A stretch of 32,000 bases of DNA from Candidatus Hermodarchaeota archaeon (GTDB lineage Archaea > Asgardarchaeota > Heimdallarchaeia > Hodarchaeales > Hodarchaeaceae). Made by a program: the position numbers and the translations under genes. The stretch's first letter is position 1. Each line of letters opens with the position of its first letter. The stretch is taken from contig JBHLKY010000001.1 in NCBI GenBank assembly GCA_048886185.1, positions 30,001 to 62,000 on the forward strand. The letters run 5' to 3'. Positions 17,484 through 25,566 of this stretch are shown one piece after another. Under the pieces are notes generated by a model. That model had not been told where the DNA came from. It did not search any database and saw only the letters and a program-made list of their open reading frames with translations.

Positions 17484-18917
17484 TTAAATCAAATACACTA
17501 ACGTAAAGAGAATGATCCAGACTAAATCTACAAAATGCCAATAAATTCCTACAAGTTCAACACCTGTATGGTTTTCTTGAGAAAATCCACCTTGGTATGC
17601 TCTTAAAGTCATGAAGAGTACGAGAAGAACACCGAAAAAGACATGTGCTCCATGAAGACCTGTTTGGATATAAAATGTTGAGCTAAATAGATTGAGATCT
17701 GGAGTGAATCCCTCATGGAATAACGAAAAGTACTCTATTACTTGAATACTTAGAAATATTGATCCAAAAAGGAAAGTGAGGAAAAGAAAGTTACTTAATC
17801 TTTTTTGATTTCCATTTTGTATTCCCTCAACAGCTTTCACTAGGGTGAAACTGCTTACTATTAGAATAAACGTGTTGATGGCCGTTAATGGGACATTTAG
17901 TATAGATCCTGGGACGGGCCAATCTTCACTAGCAATTCGGAAAGCAAAACTTGTCCCAATAACCATTGTGAAAATGATAACTTCTGAAGCCAAAAATAAC
18001 CATATCCAAGATCCTTTTGTTTTAAATAAGTTTTGAGAATATGTTTCTTTGAAAATAAATGATATGAGCAGTATAAAGAACACCCAAAGGAATGCAAATC
18101 CAGCAAAAACTTCTTTTTGAGCAATTAACAATATTCCCCATGCTAATAATCCAGTGCTGATTGCCAGTACTGGTGGCCAAAGAGTTATTTCATGCTCATC
18201 TTGATCTTCAGTTTCAACTTCTAATCTCAAAGGTTTTCTTAAGAATCCACCCATCACAGTTAATATCAGTATTATAACCGAAGCTAATACTATTACTGAG
18301 AATAAATCTCCTGTACCTTGAGGGAGAAGCATGGCTAAGATAGGTACATCAGTGACTAAAGTACCCCCATACACAAGAATAGCTCCCGCGCCTGCAACAA
18401 TTGTGAATATTAAATATCCTATGGCTTGACTAGAAATATATACTAGTTGAAACAGAATGTTTTGGTCATATATCCTTTCATGACGATAGTTTACAAAATA
18501 AATTCTGAATATACCTGCATAGATAAAGAAAGAAGTTCCATAAATTGCGTATATGACTTTAAAAGATAGAATTTCGCTTCGACTTGCTGCATCAATACCA
18601 AGCCATATGGTTTCAAGACTAATATGGGCGAGACCTATATTTCCAGAAGCATCTAAAATACCCGCAGCCATTGCTACGAATAAACTCAATAATCCAGAAG
18701 TTAAACACACAAATGCAACAAACTCAAACTTGTCTGAATAGATTTTTAGAGTCTGTAGATCAACAGAAATTTTACGTTGAGATTCACGAGATAAAGTTCT
18801 TTTTAAGAAATCAGATTTGATGAGCATTGATAAACTAAATGCAATAAGGTTGGTAAGAAGACTAAAAGCAAGAAGAGCTACATGAAAATGAAGGACAATA
18901 GGGTGAAGTTCTGCCAT
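17484..18917 (-). CDS. coxC: Heme-copper oxidase subunit III with an approximately 240-aa N-terminal DUF2231-like membrane extension
   Basis: C-terminal part has WLFLASE, NTFILIVSS, TGLHGAHV and YWHFVDLVW; N-terminal part has HPIVLHF, AAGILDA and GAGAILVY. Confidence 0.88.
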   Translation of the reverse strand: MAELHPIVLHFHVALLAFSLLTNLIAFSLSMLIKSDFLKRTLSRESQRKISVDLQTLKIYSDKFEFVAFVCLTSGLLSLFVAMAAGILDASGNIGLAHISLETIWLGIDAASRSEILSFKVIYAIYGTSFFIYAGIFRIYFVNYRHERIYDQNILFQLVYISSQAIGYLIFTIVAGAGAILVYGGTLVTDVPILAMLLPQGTGDLFSVIVLASVIILILTVMGGFLRKPLRLEVETEDQDEHEITLWPPVLAISTGLLAWGILLIAQKEVFAGFAFLWVFFILLISFIFKETYSQNLFKTKGSWIWLFLASEVIIFTMVIGTSFAFRIASEDWPVPGSILNVPLTAINTFILIVSSFTLVKAVEGIQNGNQKRLSNFLFLTFLFGSIFLSIQVIEYFSLFHEGFTPDLNLFSSTFYIQTGLHGAHVFFGVLLVLFMTLRAYQGGFSQENHTGVELVGIYWHFVDLVWIILFTLVYLI

Positions 18918-18922
18918 TATTC

Positions 18923-19699
18923 TTATTCTCCTTCCAACAACGGTTTATTTTCTGCTTTTTGGTGTCTTCGCCCAAAACTGTCTACAAAAATCATTAATCC
19001 TATAAGACTAAACGAAAGAGAAATTCCAAGAATCATTGGGGAAAGAAAGTCAGCGCGATAAGTGTTAATTCCAGTAAGAAAGAATTCAAATGATCCTCTT
19101 TCAATATGAGATGAAGTAAAATCATCAGATGATCCTAGGGCCCACAACATTTTCACTTTTCCTGAAGTAGGAATAGATTTATCATATTCATCACCTGTTG
19201 TTAACAGCCTCTTGAACTCAAAGGTTGTAATCTCATTTAATTCTGTCCCGTTGAAGTCCACGATATCATTAGTTCCTCCAAGATCCAAATCTGGAGGATG
19301 AGGTCCAAACTGACCAATTGAAAACGTATCCATGGCAAAAACACCAGTACTGTTCACCCACCCGAATATCATATCAGCATCCTGCATAGCAAACGTCGGG
19401 CCTATACCAATTGCCACCCATCCTACAGTTTTGGCACGTATAGCAATATAAATATCACTATCATTTACTTCCCAAAATAAAGAATAGTCCTCTGAAATTT
19501 GATGGGAATAAATATATTCTTCATCTGAAATGACTCCATCTAATTTGTTTTCTTCTCCTTGAGTATGTTTTCCAACTACTCCCATTGTTAAAAAGAAAGC
19601 AGTCAATAATAAAACAAGCATAAAAGGATTTATGGATTTCACTAGGGCGGTTCCAGACCACTTAAGTAGTATTTTAGATGAAGATACTTTCAAACCCAT
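18923..19699 (-). CDS. Membrane-anchored DOMON-domain protein (putative heme b, Met/His)
   Basis: LFW, GWVAIG, AMQDADM, FKRLLTTGD..D, LWALG and SSHIERG; hydrophobic N- and C-terminal segments; 5-bp gap to coxC. Confidence 0.82.
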   Translation of the reverse strand: MGLKVSSSKILLKWSGTALVKSINPFMLVLLLTAFFLTMGVVGKHTQGEENKLDGVISDEEYIYSHQISEDYSLFWEVNDSDIYIAIRAKTVGWVAIGIGPTFAMQDADMIFGWVNSTGVFAMDTFSIGQFGPHPPDLDLGGTNDIVDFNGTELNEITTFEFKRLLTTGDEYDKSIPTSGKVKMLWALGSSDDFTSSHIERGSFEFFLTGINTYRADFLSPMILGISLSFSLIGLMIFVDSFGRRHQKAENKPLLEGE

Positions 19700-19722
19700 T
19701 ATTACTTCCCACAATTGAAATC

Positions 19723-19733
19723 TTAATTATAAA
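19723..19733 (-). promoter_or_regulatory. Archaeal TATA-like box upstream of the DOMON-cox operon
   Basis: Minus strand reads TTTATAATTAA, with the TTTATA hexamer ending 29 nt upstream of the ATG at 19699. Confidence 0.4.
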
Positions 19734-19836
19734 CTGTGTAAAGAGCTTGGCATTTTTAAGTTTCTTCCTACTAAATCAAGATCTACTGATTTTAAATTAT
19801 GTGTTGGAATTTCAGAGATTTATCAGATCAATCACT

Positions 19837-20907
19837 TTAGTAAATTTCTTGACCAGCTTCCTCTATTTTCCCACTAAATAGTTTATAGACAAATGCTGTA
19901 TAGACTAAGACTAGAGGGAGCGCTATTAAGGCAATTACAAGCATTATAAATAATCCAAGAACTGATGCTGAAGTGTTATGGATAGTAAGACTATAACTAG
20001 CGTTTATTGATGAGAATACGAGATTTGGATAAACTGCTACACCTGCTCCAAAGATACTGAGAGCAATTGAAATAGCTGACAAGATAAAAGTGCGAATTGG
20101 GTCAGCATCAGTCCACACATGCCACAAAGTACCAAGTATTGCTAAAAATCCGAGTATTGGAATCATTAAAAGAAGAGGGTTTGCTAAGAAATTGTCAAGA
20201 ATGTGATCATGTAATAAAATACTAATAACCAAGGAACTACTTGAACAAGCAAGGAATGTTATTATTCCTACTTTGGCCCATTGGGTAGTTTTTTTCTGAA
20301 GTCTTCCAGTTGTCCTTACGCGGAGATAGATAGCACCATGAGTAATGATTATTGTTAGAGATAACAGTCCAATTAAGAGGGCATATGGGTTGACCAAAGA
20401 GAGTAATTCGCCAGTAAAGGTTTTATTTCCATCAATAGGGATGCCTTGTACTAAATTTCCAACTACAACACCAAAAGATAATGCAGGAACCAAACTTCCG
20501 ATGACAAATGCAATATCGGTGATTTTATGCCATAGAGATGAATCAAATTCCTCATGGAATTCAATAGATGTTGCGCGCAAGATTAAGCAAAGGACAACCA
20601 AAATCAATGGGAGATAGAATGCGCTAAAAACGGTAGCGTAGACATCAGGAAATGCAGCAAACAGAATTCCTCCAGCAGCTATCAACCAGACCTCATTCCC
20701 ATCCCAAAACGGCGCAATGGTCTGTAAGAGTATTTTCCTGTCATTTCTTGTGATCTTTTCGTCTCTTTCTCGTGTAAAAAAGAACCAAAATCCTACTCCT
20801 AGGTCAAATCCATCTAGGATCACATATATGATTACAATGATTGCTAAGACAATAAACCAAATATCCTGCAGTAAAGATATTTCAATTAGTCCTTGATGAA
20901 GACTCAA
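19837..20907 (-). CDS. cydB: Cytochrome bd quinol oxidase subunit II
   Basis: LDGFDLGVG, PFWDGNEVWL, LRATSIEFH; TTG start overlaps the cydA stop. Confidence 0.95.
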   Translation of the reverse strand: MSLHQGLIEISLLQDIWFIVLAIIVIIYVILDGFDLGVGFWFFFTRERDEKITRNDRKILLQTIAPFWDGNEVWLIAAGGILFAAFPDVYATVFSAFYLPLILVVLCLILRATSIEFHEEFDSSLWHKITDIAFVIGSLVPALSFGVVVGNLVQGIPIDGNKTFTGELLSLVNPYALLIGLLSLTIIITHGAIYLRVRTTGRLQKKTTQWAKVGIITFLACSSSSLVISILLHDHILDNFLANPLLLMIPILGFLAILGTLWHVWTDADPIRTFILSAISIALSIFGAGVAVYPNLVFSSINASYSLTIHNTSASVLGLFIMLVIALIALPLVLVYTAFVYKLFSGKIEEAGQEIY

Positions 20908-22256
20908 TTGTGTACCTCCAGGCCAATTGGTCCTTTTCGAATTATCCGTATCATTATTAGAATCCAGATTACAGTGAGAATGATATATGTCGTTAAAAAG
21001 AGAATCAATGACATTAGAACTTGGTCTGCTGGGACGACAGTTGACACTCCATCAGCGGTTCTCATGACACCTTGCACTATCCACGGTTGGCGGCCTACTT
21101 CTGTGGTTACCCAACCCAGTTCATTAGCCAGTATTGGAAGTGGAAGACAGAGAGTAGCTAATCGAAGATACCATTTTCTGTAAATCCAATTATTGTCAAA
21201 TAATTTCTTTCTCCAGAGAAGTATTACCCCAAAGACGGAGACAAATATGAGAATTCCACCTAAAATCACCATACCATGAAAAGAATAAAAAGTAAGCATG
21301 ATTGGAGGTGTATCAGGGGATAAATCATTTAATCCAATTACTGTGGCATTCGGGTTCCCGAGAAGTATGCTTAGAAGAGGAAAGTCTAAAAGTCCAAAAA
21401 TTGAAGAATCGATTTGGAAGAGAATTCCTGTTTCATCAAGGATAGCAAAAATAATTAGTGGAACACCGCTTTCTGTCTCAAAAATTCCTTCTTGAGCAGC
21501 AAACTTCGCTGGTTGATATTCAGCAACCATGGTTGAGTTCCAGTGGCCAAGGACAATCTGAAACAGAGATAGAATAACGCCAACCATAAGAGCGATCTTT
21601 ATTGAGTCCTGAGCAACTTGAGTATGCCTATTCTTCAACAAATAATATGCGCTCACTCCTATTATGAAAAAAGATCCCGTCAGTAGACAAGCATTGATTG
21701 TATGAAAGAAACGAGGAAATGTTGATGGAGTAATTACAGCTTGCCAAAAATCAGTTAATACTGCTCTGCCTCCTTCTATTGCAAATCCTCTAGGTGTATG
21801 CATCCAAGAACCAGCGCTCAGAATCCAGAATGCAGACATAACTGAACCAATTGCCACCATAAGAGAGGAGAACCACAGCACTTTATCAGAGATTCGCTCA
21901 CTTTTCCATCCCTGAAGCATAATCCCTAGGAAAACTGATTCAAGAAAGAAAGCGAAAAACACTTCTAATGTCAACATACTACCAAACACGCCGCCTACAA
22001 AGCGTGCAAACTCACTCCAATTGGTTCCAAAGCTAAATTCCATTACAATACCCGTAGGGATTCCAATTGCTACTGTAGTAGCCAATAATTTTACCCAGAA
22101 CCATGAAAGATCCTTATAGTAAGTATTTTTAGTTTTCATATATTTAGTCATAAAATAAACTATAAACCATGCTAAACCTATTGTGATCGGGGGGAAAATA
22201 AAGTGATACCCGATAGTCAACCAGAATTGGATTTTTGCAAGCGATAGTGCATCCAT
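20904..22256 (-). CDS. cydA: Cytochrome bd quinol oxidase subunit I (short Q-loop)
   Basis: YHFIFPP (heme b595 His), EFSFGTNW, EVFFAFFLES, RFFH, QPAKFAAQEG, HGM, GWVTTEVGRQPW. Confidence 0.96.
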   Translation of the reverse strand: MDALSLAKIQFWLTIGYHFIFPPITIGLAWFIVYFMTKYMKTKNTYYKDLSWFWVKLLATTVAIGIPTGIVMEFSFGTNWSEFARFVGGVFGSMLTLEVFFAFFLESVFLGIMLQGWKSERISDKVLWFSSLMVAIGSVMSAFWILSAGSWMHTPRGFAIEGGRAVLTDFWQAVITPSTFPRFFHTINACLLTGSFFIIGVSAYYLLKNRHTQVAQDSIKIALMVGVILSLFQIVLGHWNSTMVAEYQPAKFAAQEGIFETESGVPLIIFAILDETGILFQIDSSIFGLLDFPLLSILLGNPNATVIGLNDLSPDTPPIMLTFYSFHGMVILGGILIFVSVFGVILLWRKKLFDNNWIYRKWYLRLATLCLPLPILANELGWVTTEVGRQPWIVQGVMRTADGVSTVVPADQVLMSLILFLTTYIILTVIWILIMIRIIRKGPIGLEVHN

Positions 22257-22448
22257 TCATTAAACCTCGGCCTTTTTTATTTGTAGAAAAAGCTAATGAT
22301 TTCTTTATTCTCGAAAAATCTCCTGAAATCACATATTTCTGAAATCCCTAGCTATAACAATAAAATTATTATCCTCGAATCATACCAAAAGGAAATAAAC
22401 TCTTCTTCGTTAATATATATTATCTAATTTCAAATGAAGGTGACCAAA

Positions 22449-23519
22449 ATGTCCTCTAGTGTTATGACATTATCAGATGTTCGTTCTGAGGCGAAAGAAA
22501 AACTCAAAGGAGTATGTATGGTATATAAAGATTGTGATGGGGATCCTACAAGGTTTTGTCAAGGCCAACACTATGGTAGACCTTTAGGTTTTGGTGGTAT
22601 TGGTAGTGGTGCTTCTTTTCACAATAATTGGTTGGCATTAAGGAAAATAAAATTAAAAATGAAGTTGATAGATCCCCACATTGAACCTGAGACTAGATTC
22701 AATTTTTTTGGTAAAGAATTGACAATGCCAATTATGGGAGCGTCTGTGACCGGGGTTAATTCATTTGGTGGTGAAAAAGTAATAACAGAGAAAGAATTTT
22801 GCAACGCTACAGTTTTCGGCTGTAATGATGCTGGAACTATTGCATGGAGAGGAGATACATATACATACTCAATAGAAAACTCCTACGGCTTAAGTGCCAT
22901 TGCTGAAGGAAATTCTGGAGGAGTAAAGATTGTTAAACCTAGAACTCAATCTGTCATTGTCCAATTTTTTAAAAAAGCTGAAGAATGTAATGTAACTGCG
23001 GTTGGAGTGGACATTGATGGATGTGGTTCATACATGATGACTAAACACAATAAACCAGTATTTAAGAAAACAGCTGATGATATTCATGAATTAGTTGATT
23101 CTACATCTCTCCCAGTAATTATTAAAGGAATAATGTGTGTTGAAGATGCTTTAGAAGCTACGAAAGCTGGTGCTTCTGCTATTGTTGTTTCAAATCATGG
23201 TGGCCGAGTTCTTGATCACACACCTGGAACCGCTGAAGTTCTTCCTGAAATAGCTGAGGCATTGAAAGATAAGCAAGTTATGATTGTTGCTGATGGTGGG
23301 ATAAGAACAGGTAGTGATGTTCTAAAGATGTTGGCTCTTGGTGCTAATGCGGTTTTGATTGGACGAGACATTGTACGAGCAGCTGTGGGTGGTGGAAGCG
23401 AAGGAGTCCGATTGCAGATGGATTATTTACGTGAAACACTAAAAAAAGCGATGAAAATGACTGGATGTTCAACTTTAGAAGAAATATCCCCTGATATCTT
23501 AAGTTGTTATTCTCATTAG
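22449..23519 (+). CDS. FMN-dependent alpha-hydroxy-acid dehydrogenase/oxidase (lactate/glycolate type)
   Basis: IIKGI, VSNHGGRVLD, ADGGIRTGSDVLKMLALGA..VLIGR; AGGTGA RBS before ATG at 22449. Confidence 0.92.
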   Translation: MSSSVMTLSDVRSEAKEKLKGVCMVYKDCDGDPTRFCQGQHYGRPLGFGGIGSGASFHNNWLALRKIKLKMKLIDPHIEPETRFNFFGKELTMPIMGASVTGVNSFGGEKVITEKEFCNATVFGCNDAGTIAWRGDTYTYSIENSYGLSAIAEGNSGGVKIVKPRTQSVIVQFFKKAEECNVTAVGVDIDGCGSYMMTKHNKPVFKKTADDIHELVDSTSLPVIIKGIMCVEDALEATKAGASAIVVSNHGGRVLDHTPGTAEVLPEIAEALKDKQVMIVADGGIRTGSDVLKMLALGANAVLIGRDIVRAAVGGGSEGVRLQMDYLRETLKKAMKMTGCSTLEEISPDILSCYSH

Positions 23520-23537
23520 TCATTCGATAGAGAAGGT

Positions 23538-24062
23538 TCATCTCCTAGATTTTCTCAGTTTTCGTATTAAACCAATGAGGACATTTACTCGTGGCACTTC
23601 AGTCTTATAGTTCTCATATTGAGAGCCAAATTTCATTACTAGACGTTTTTCTTCAAAAATCATTGATAAATATGCCGTTATTAAGGCAATTATTGCTAGG
23701 TTGTATGTTAATGGTGTTTGAATGATTAAACACATTGAAAAAGCTATCACCATACCACCAGTATATTGAGGATGTCGTATTAGCCCATAAATTCCATCAT
23801 TCACTAATTTTGTAGTGTGAATGTATGATTTTCCCTCTGGAACCCCTCCTCGTTTTTTAAGAACAATATTTGGGGAGAATGCTAGTATTAAACCAAATAT
23901 CCAAATAATCCAACCAATGACACCAATAATTTGATTATAAGATGGATTTCGAGAAATAAAACCAGAAAAAAACAACCCAATATATGCAAAACTCATTATT
24001 AAAACATTAAAAATTTCGATTATGTTAAACTCTTTTTTCTGTACCTCCTTGATAGTATTCAA
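23538..24062 (-). CDS. Isoprenylcysteine carboxyl methyltransferase / PEMT-family membrane methyltransferase
   Basis: GIYGLIRHPQY, EEKRL..KFG.QYENYK..VPR. Confidence 0.85.
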   Translation of the reverse strand: MNTIKEVQKKEFNIIEIFNVLIMSFAYIGLFFSGFISRNPSYNQIIGVIGWIIWIFGLILAFSPNIVLKKRGGVPEGKSYIHTTKLVNDGIYGLIRHPQYTGGMVIAFSMCLIIQTPLTYNLAIIALITAYLSMIFEEKRLVMKFGSQYENYKTEVPRVNVLIGLIRKLRKSRR

Positions 24063-24280
24063 TTAGATCACTCTTACGAATATCTACCTAACTTCAACTG
24101 AGAAGTCTATAACATATCGATGTATAAGACGATTTAATTACTTTGTAAAAGAAAAATGTTTTTAATATAATGTTGATAACTTTATGTTGAATATATAGTC
24201 TTATTAACATATTGTTAATTAGAAAAAACTTGCTAATTTCGTCAATAAAAAACCAGAAAAATCTGATGGATAGGAAAAAA

Positions 24281-24694
24281 ATGGAAGAAAAAGTCACAAT
24301 TGTTGTATTTTCAGGAACAGTTGATAGATTGGTTGGGATGTCAATATTGACAAATGCTGCAATAGCGATGGAATACGAAGTGGACATATTCTTGATGTTA
24401 TGGGGTACTTATGCATTCAAGAAGGATATTATCGGTGTTGACGAGACCTTAAGTGAACATCTGGACTTCACTGGTGAGGAATTCAAAGAAGTTCTAAAAA
24501 CTGGAGGCATTTCACCGTGGTACGAAATACTGGAAAAAGCTAAAGAAGCTGGAAAAGTAAGAGTTCATGTTTGTTCTGCAGCCGGGAAAGCTTGGAAAAC
24601 CCTAGTAGAAGACCTGAATTTCGTTGATGACTTTTGTGGGGCAGGTGAAATCATCTTATCCAGTACAGAATCAAAAGCAACCTATTTTATATAA
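24281..24694 (+). CDS. DsrE/DsrF/DrsH-like (DsrE2-type) sulfur-carrier family protein
   Basis: VTIVVFSGTVDR, AAIAM..EVDIFLMLWG..AFKK, HVCSAA. Confidence 0.82.
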   Translation: MEEKVTIVVFSGTVDRLVGMSILTNAAIAMEYEVDIFLMLWGTYAFKKDIIGVDETLSEHLDFTGEEFKEVLKTGGISPWYEILEKAKEAGKVRVHVCSAAGKAWKTLVEDLNFVDDFCGAGEIILSSTESKATYFI

Positions 24695-24719
24695 AGAGAA
24701 AATTAGAAAGGTGATAGTA

Positions 24720-24971
24720 GTGTCAGAAGGTTTAGAAAGTATTATATCCGATAAGGTAGTTGATGCTAGGGCGGAATCTTGTCCTGGTCCTCTACTTGCG
24801 GCCAAAAAGGAAATGACAAAAGTTCCCATGGGTGGAATTCTTGAAGTTTGGTCTTCAGACGCTGGAACGAAAAGAGATCTACCATTGTGGGCTAAAAAGG
24901 TTGGACATGAATATATAGATGATGTAGAAGTAACAGGATACTATAAAGTATTTATCAGAAGAAAAAGATAA
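24720..24971 (+). CDS. tusA: TusA/SirA sulfur carrier protein
   Basis: VDARAESCPGPLL, ILEVWSSD, DLPLWAKKVGHE; AGGTGA RBS before GTG at 24720. Confidence 0.92.
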   Translation: MSEGLESIISDKVVDARAESCPGPLLAAKKEMTKVPMGGILEVWSSDAGTKRDLPLWAKKVGHEYIDDVEVTGYYKVFIRRKR

Positions 24972-25111
24972 TATATACCTTTTTCTACATTTTTATTTTT
25001 TTCCAACTTTAATCTAATAATATCTTAGTCAAATATTAACAATTGCATGTACAGGAATAAATCACCCAAATATAGAGATTATAAAACGAAAGAGAGTTAT
25101 GTGAAAAAAAA

Positions 25112-25513
25112 ATGGAGACTAAGAATGAAGAGGAACCGCAAATCTTAATTTTTACAACAAATCTAATTTCAGATCCTGCAATAGACATGACAGGTTTGCT
25201 TCACAGACATTATCCTTCTTCGACCTCCATCATAAGAATACCATGCTCAAGTATGCTTAGACCTGATTATGTTTTGCTAGCGTTGCAAAATGGTTTTAAT
25301 GGTGTGTTCGTGACAGCAGACGGAGGTGATTGTCCTTATACCGAATATTGTCCAGAAAAAACTGCTAGTAGAATACAAGAGGCTTTTAAATTACTAGAAG
25401 AGCATGAATTGGATCCAAGCAGACTTAAAATGGCAGCAATCTGTTCAGTGTGCGTTGAGCCATTCCTGAAACACATTCACGATTTTTTTGAAAAATTAAG
25501 ACAGATGAATTAG
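25112..25513 (+). CDS. mvhD: MvhD/FlxD-like iron-sulfur subunit with a variant Cys pattern
   Basis: YP....IIRIPCSS, ALQNGFNGV, GDCPY, DPSRL; Cys at residues 45, 74, 80, 111 and 114. Confidence 0.78.
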   Translation: METKNEEEPQILIFTTNLISDPAIDMTGLLHRHYPSSTSIIRIPCSSMLRPDYVLLALQNGFNGVFVTADGGDCPYTEYCPEKTASRIQEAFKLLEEHELDPSRLKMAAICSVCVEPFLKHIHDFFEKLRQMN

Positions 25514-25566
25514 ATTACAGGCTAAAACAAACAGTAAGTTCAGAAAATCAACTAGTTGGTTTATGA

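Noticed and set aside
19700-19836. Possible small cydX/cydS-like subunit after cydB
   Set aside because: No short hydrophobic ORF with an RBS found; the region looks like a promoter
14842-22349. 13-mer TTCTGAAATCCCT shared between the cydA upstream region (22337-22349) and the hairpin at 14842-14854 (reverse strand)
   Set aside because: Only two copies, in opposite orientation relative to their genes; compatible with chance
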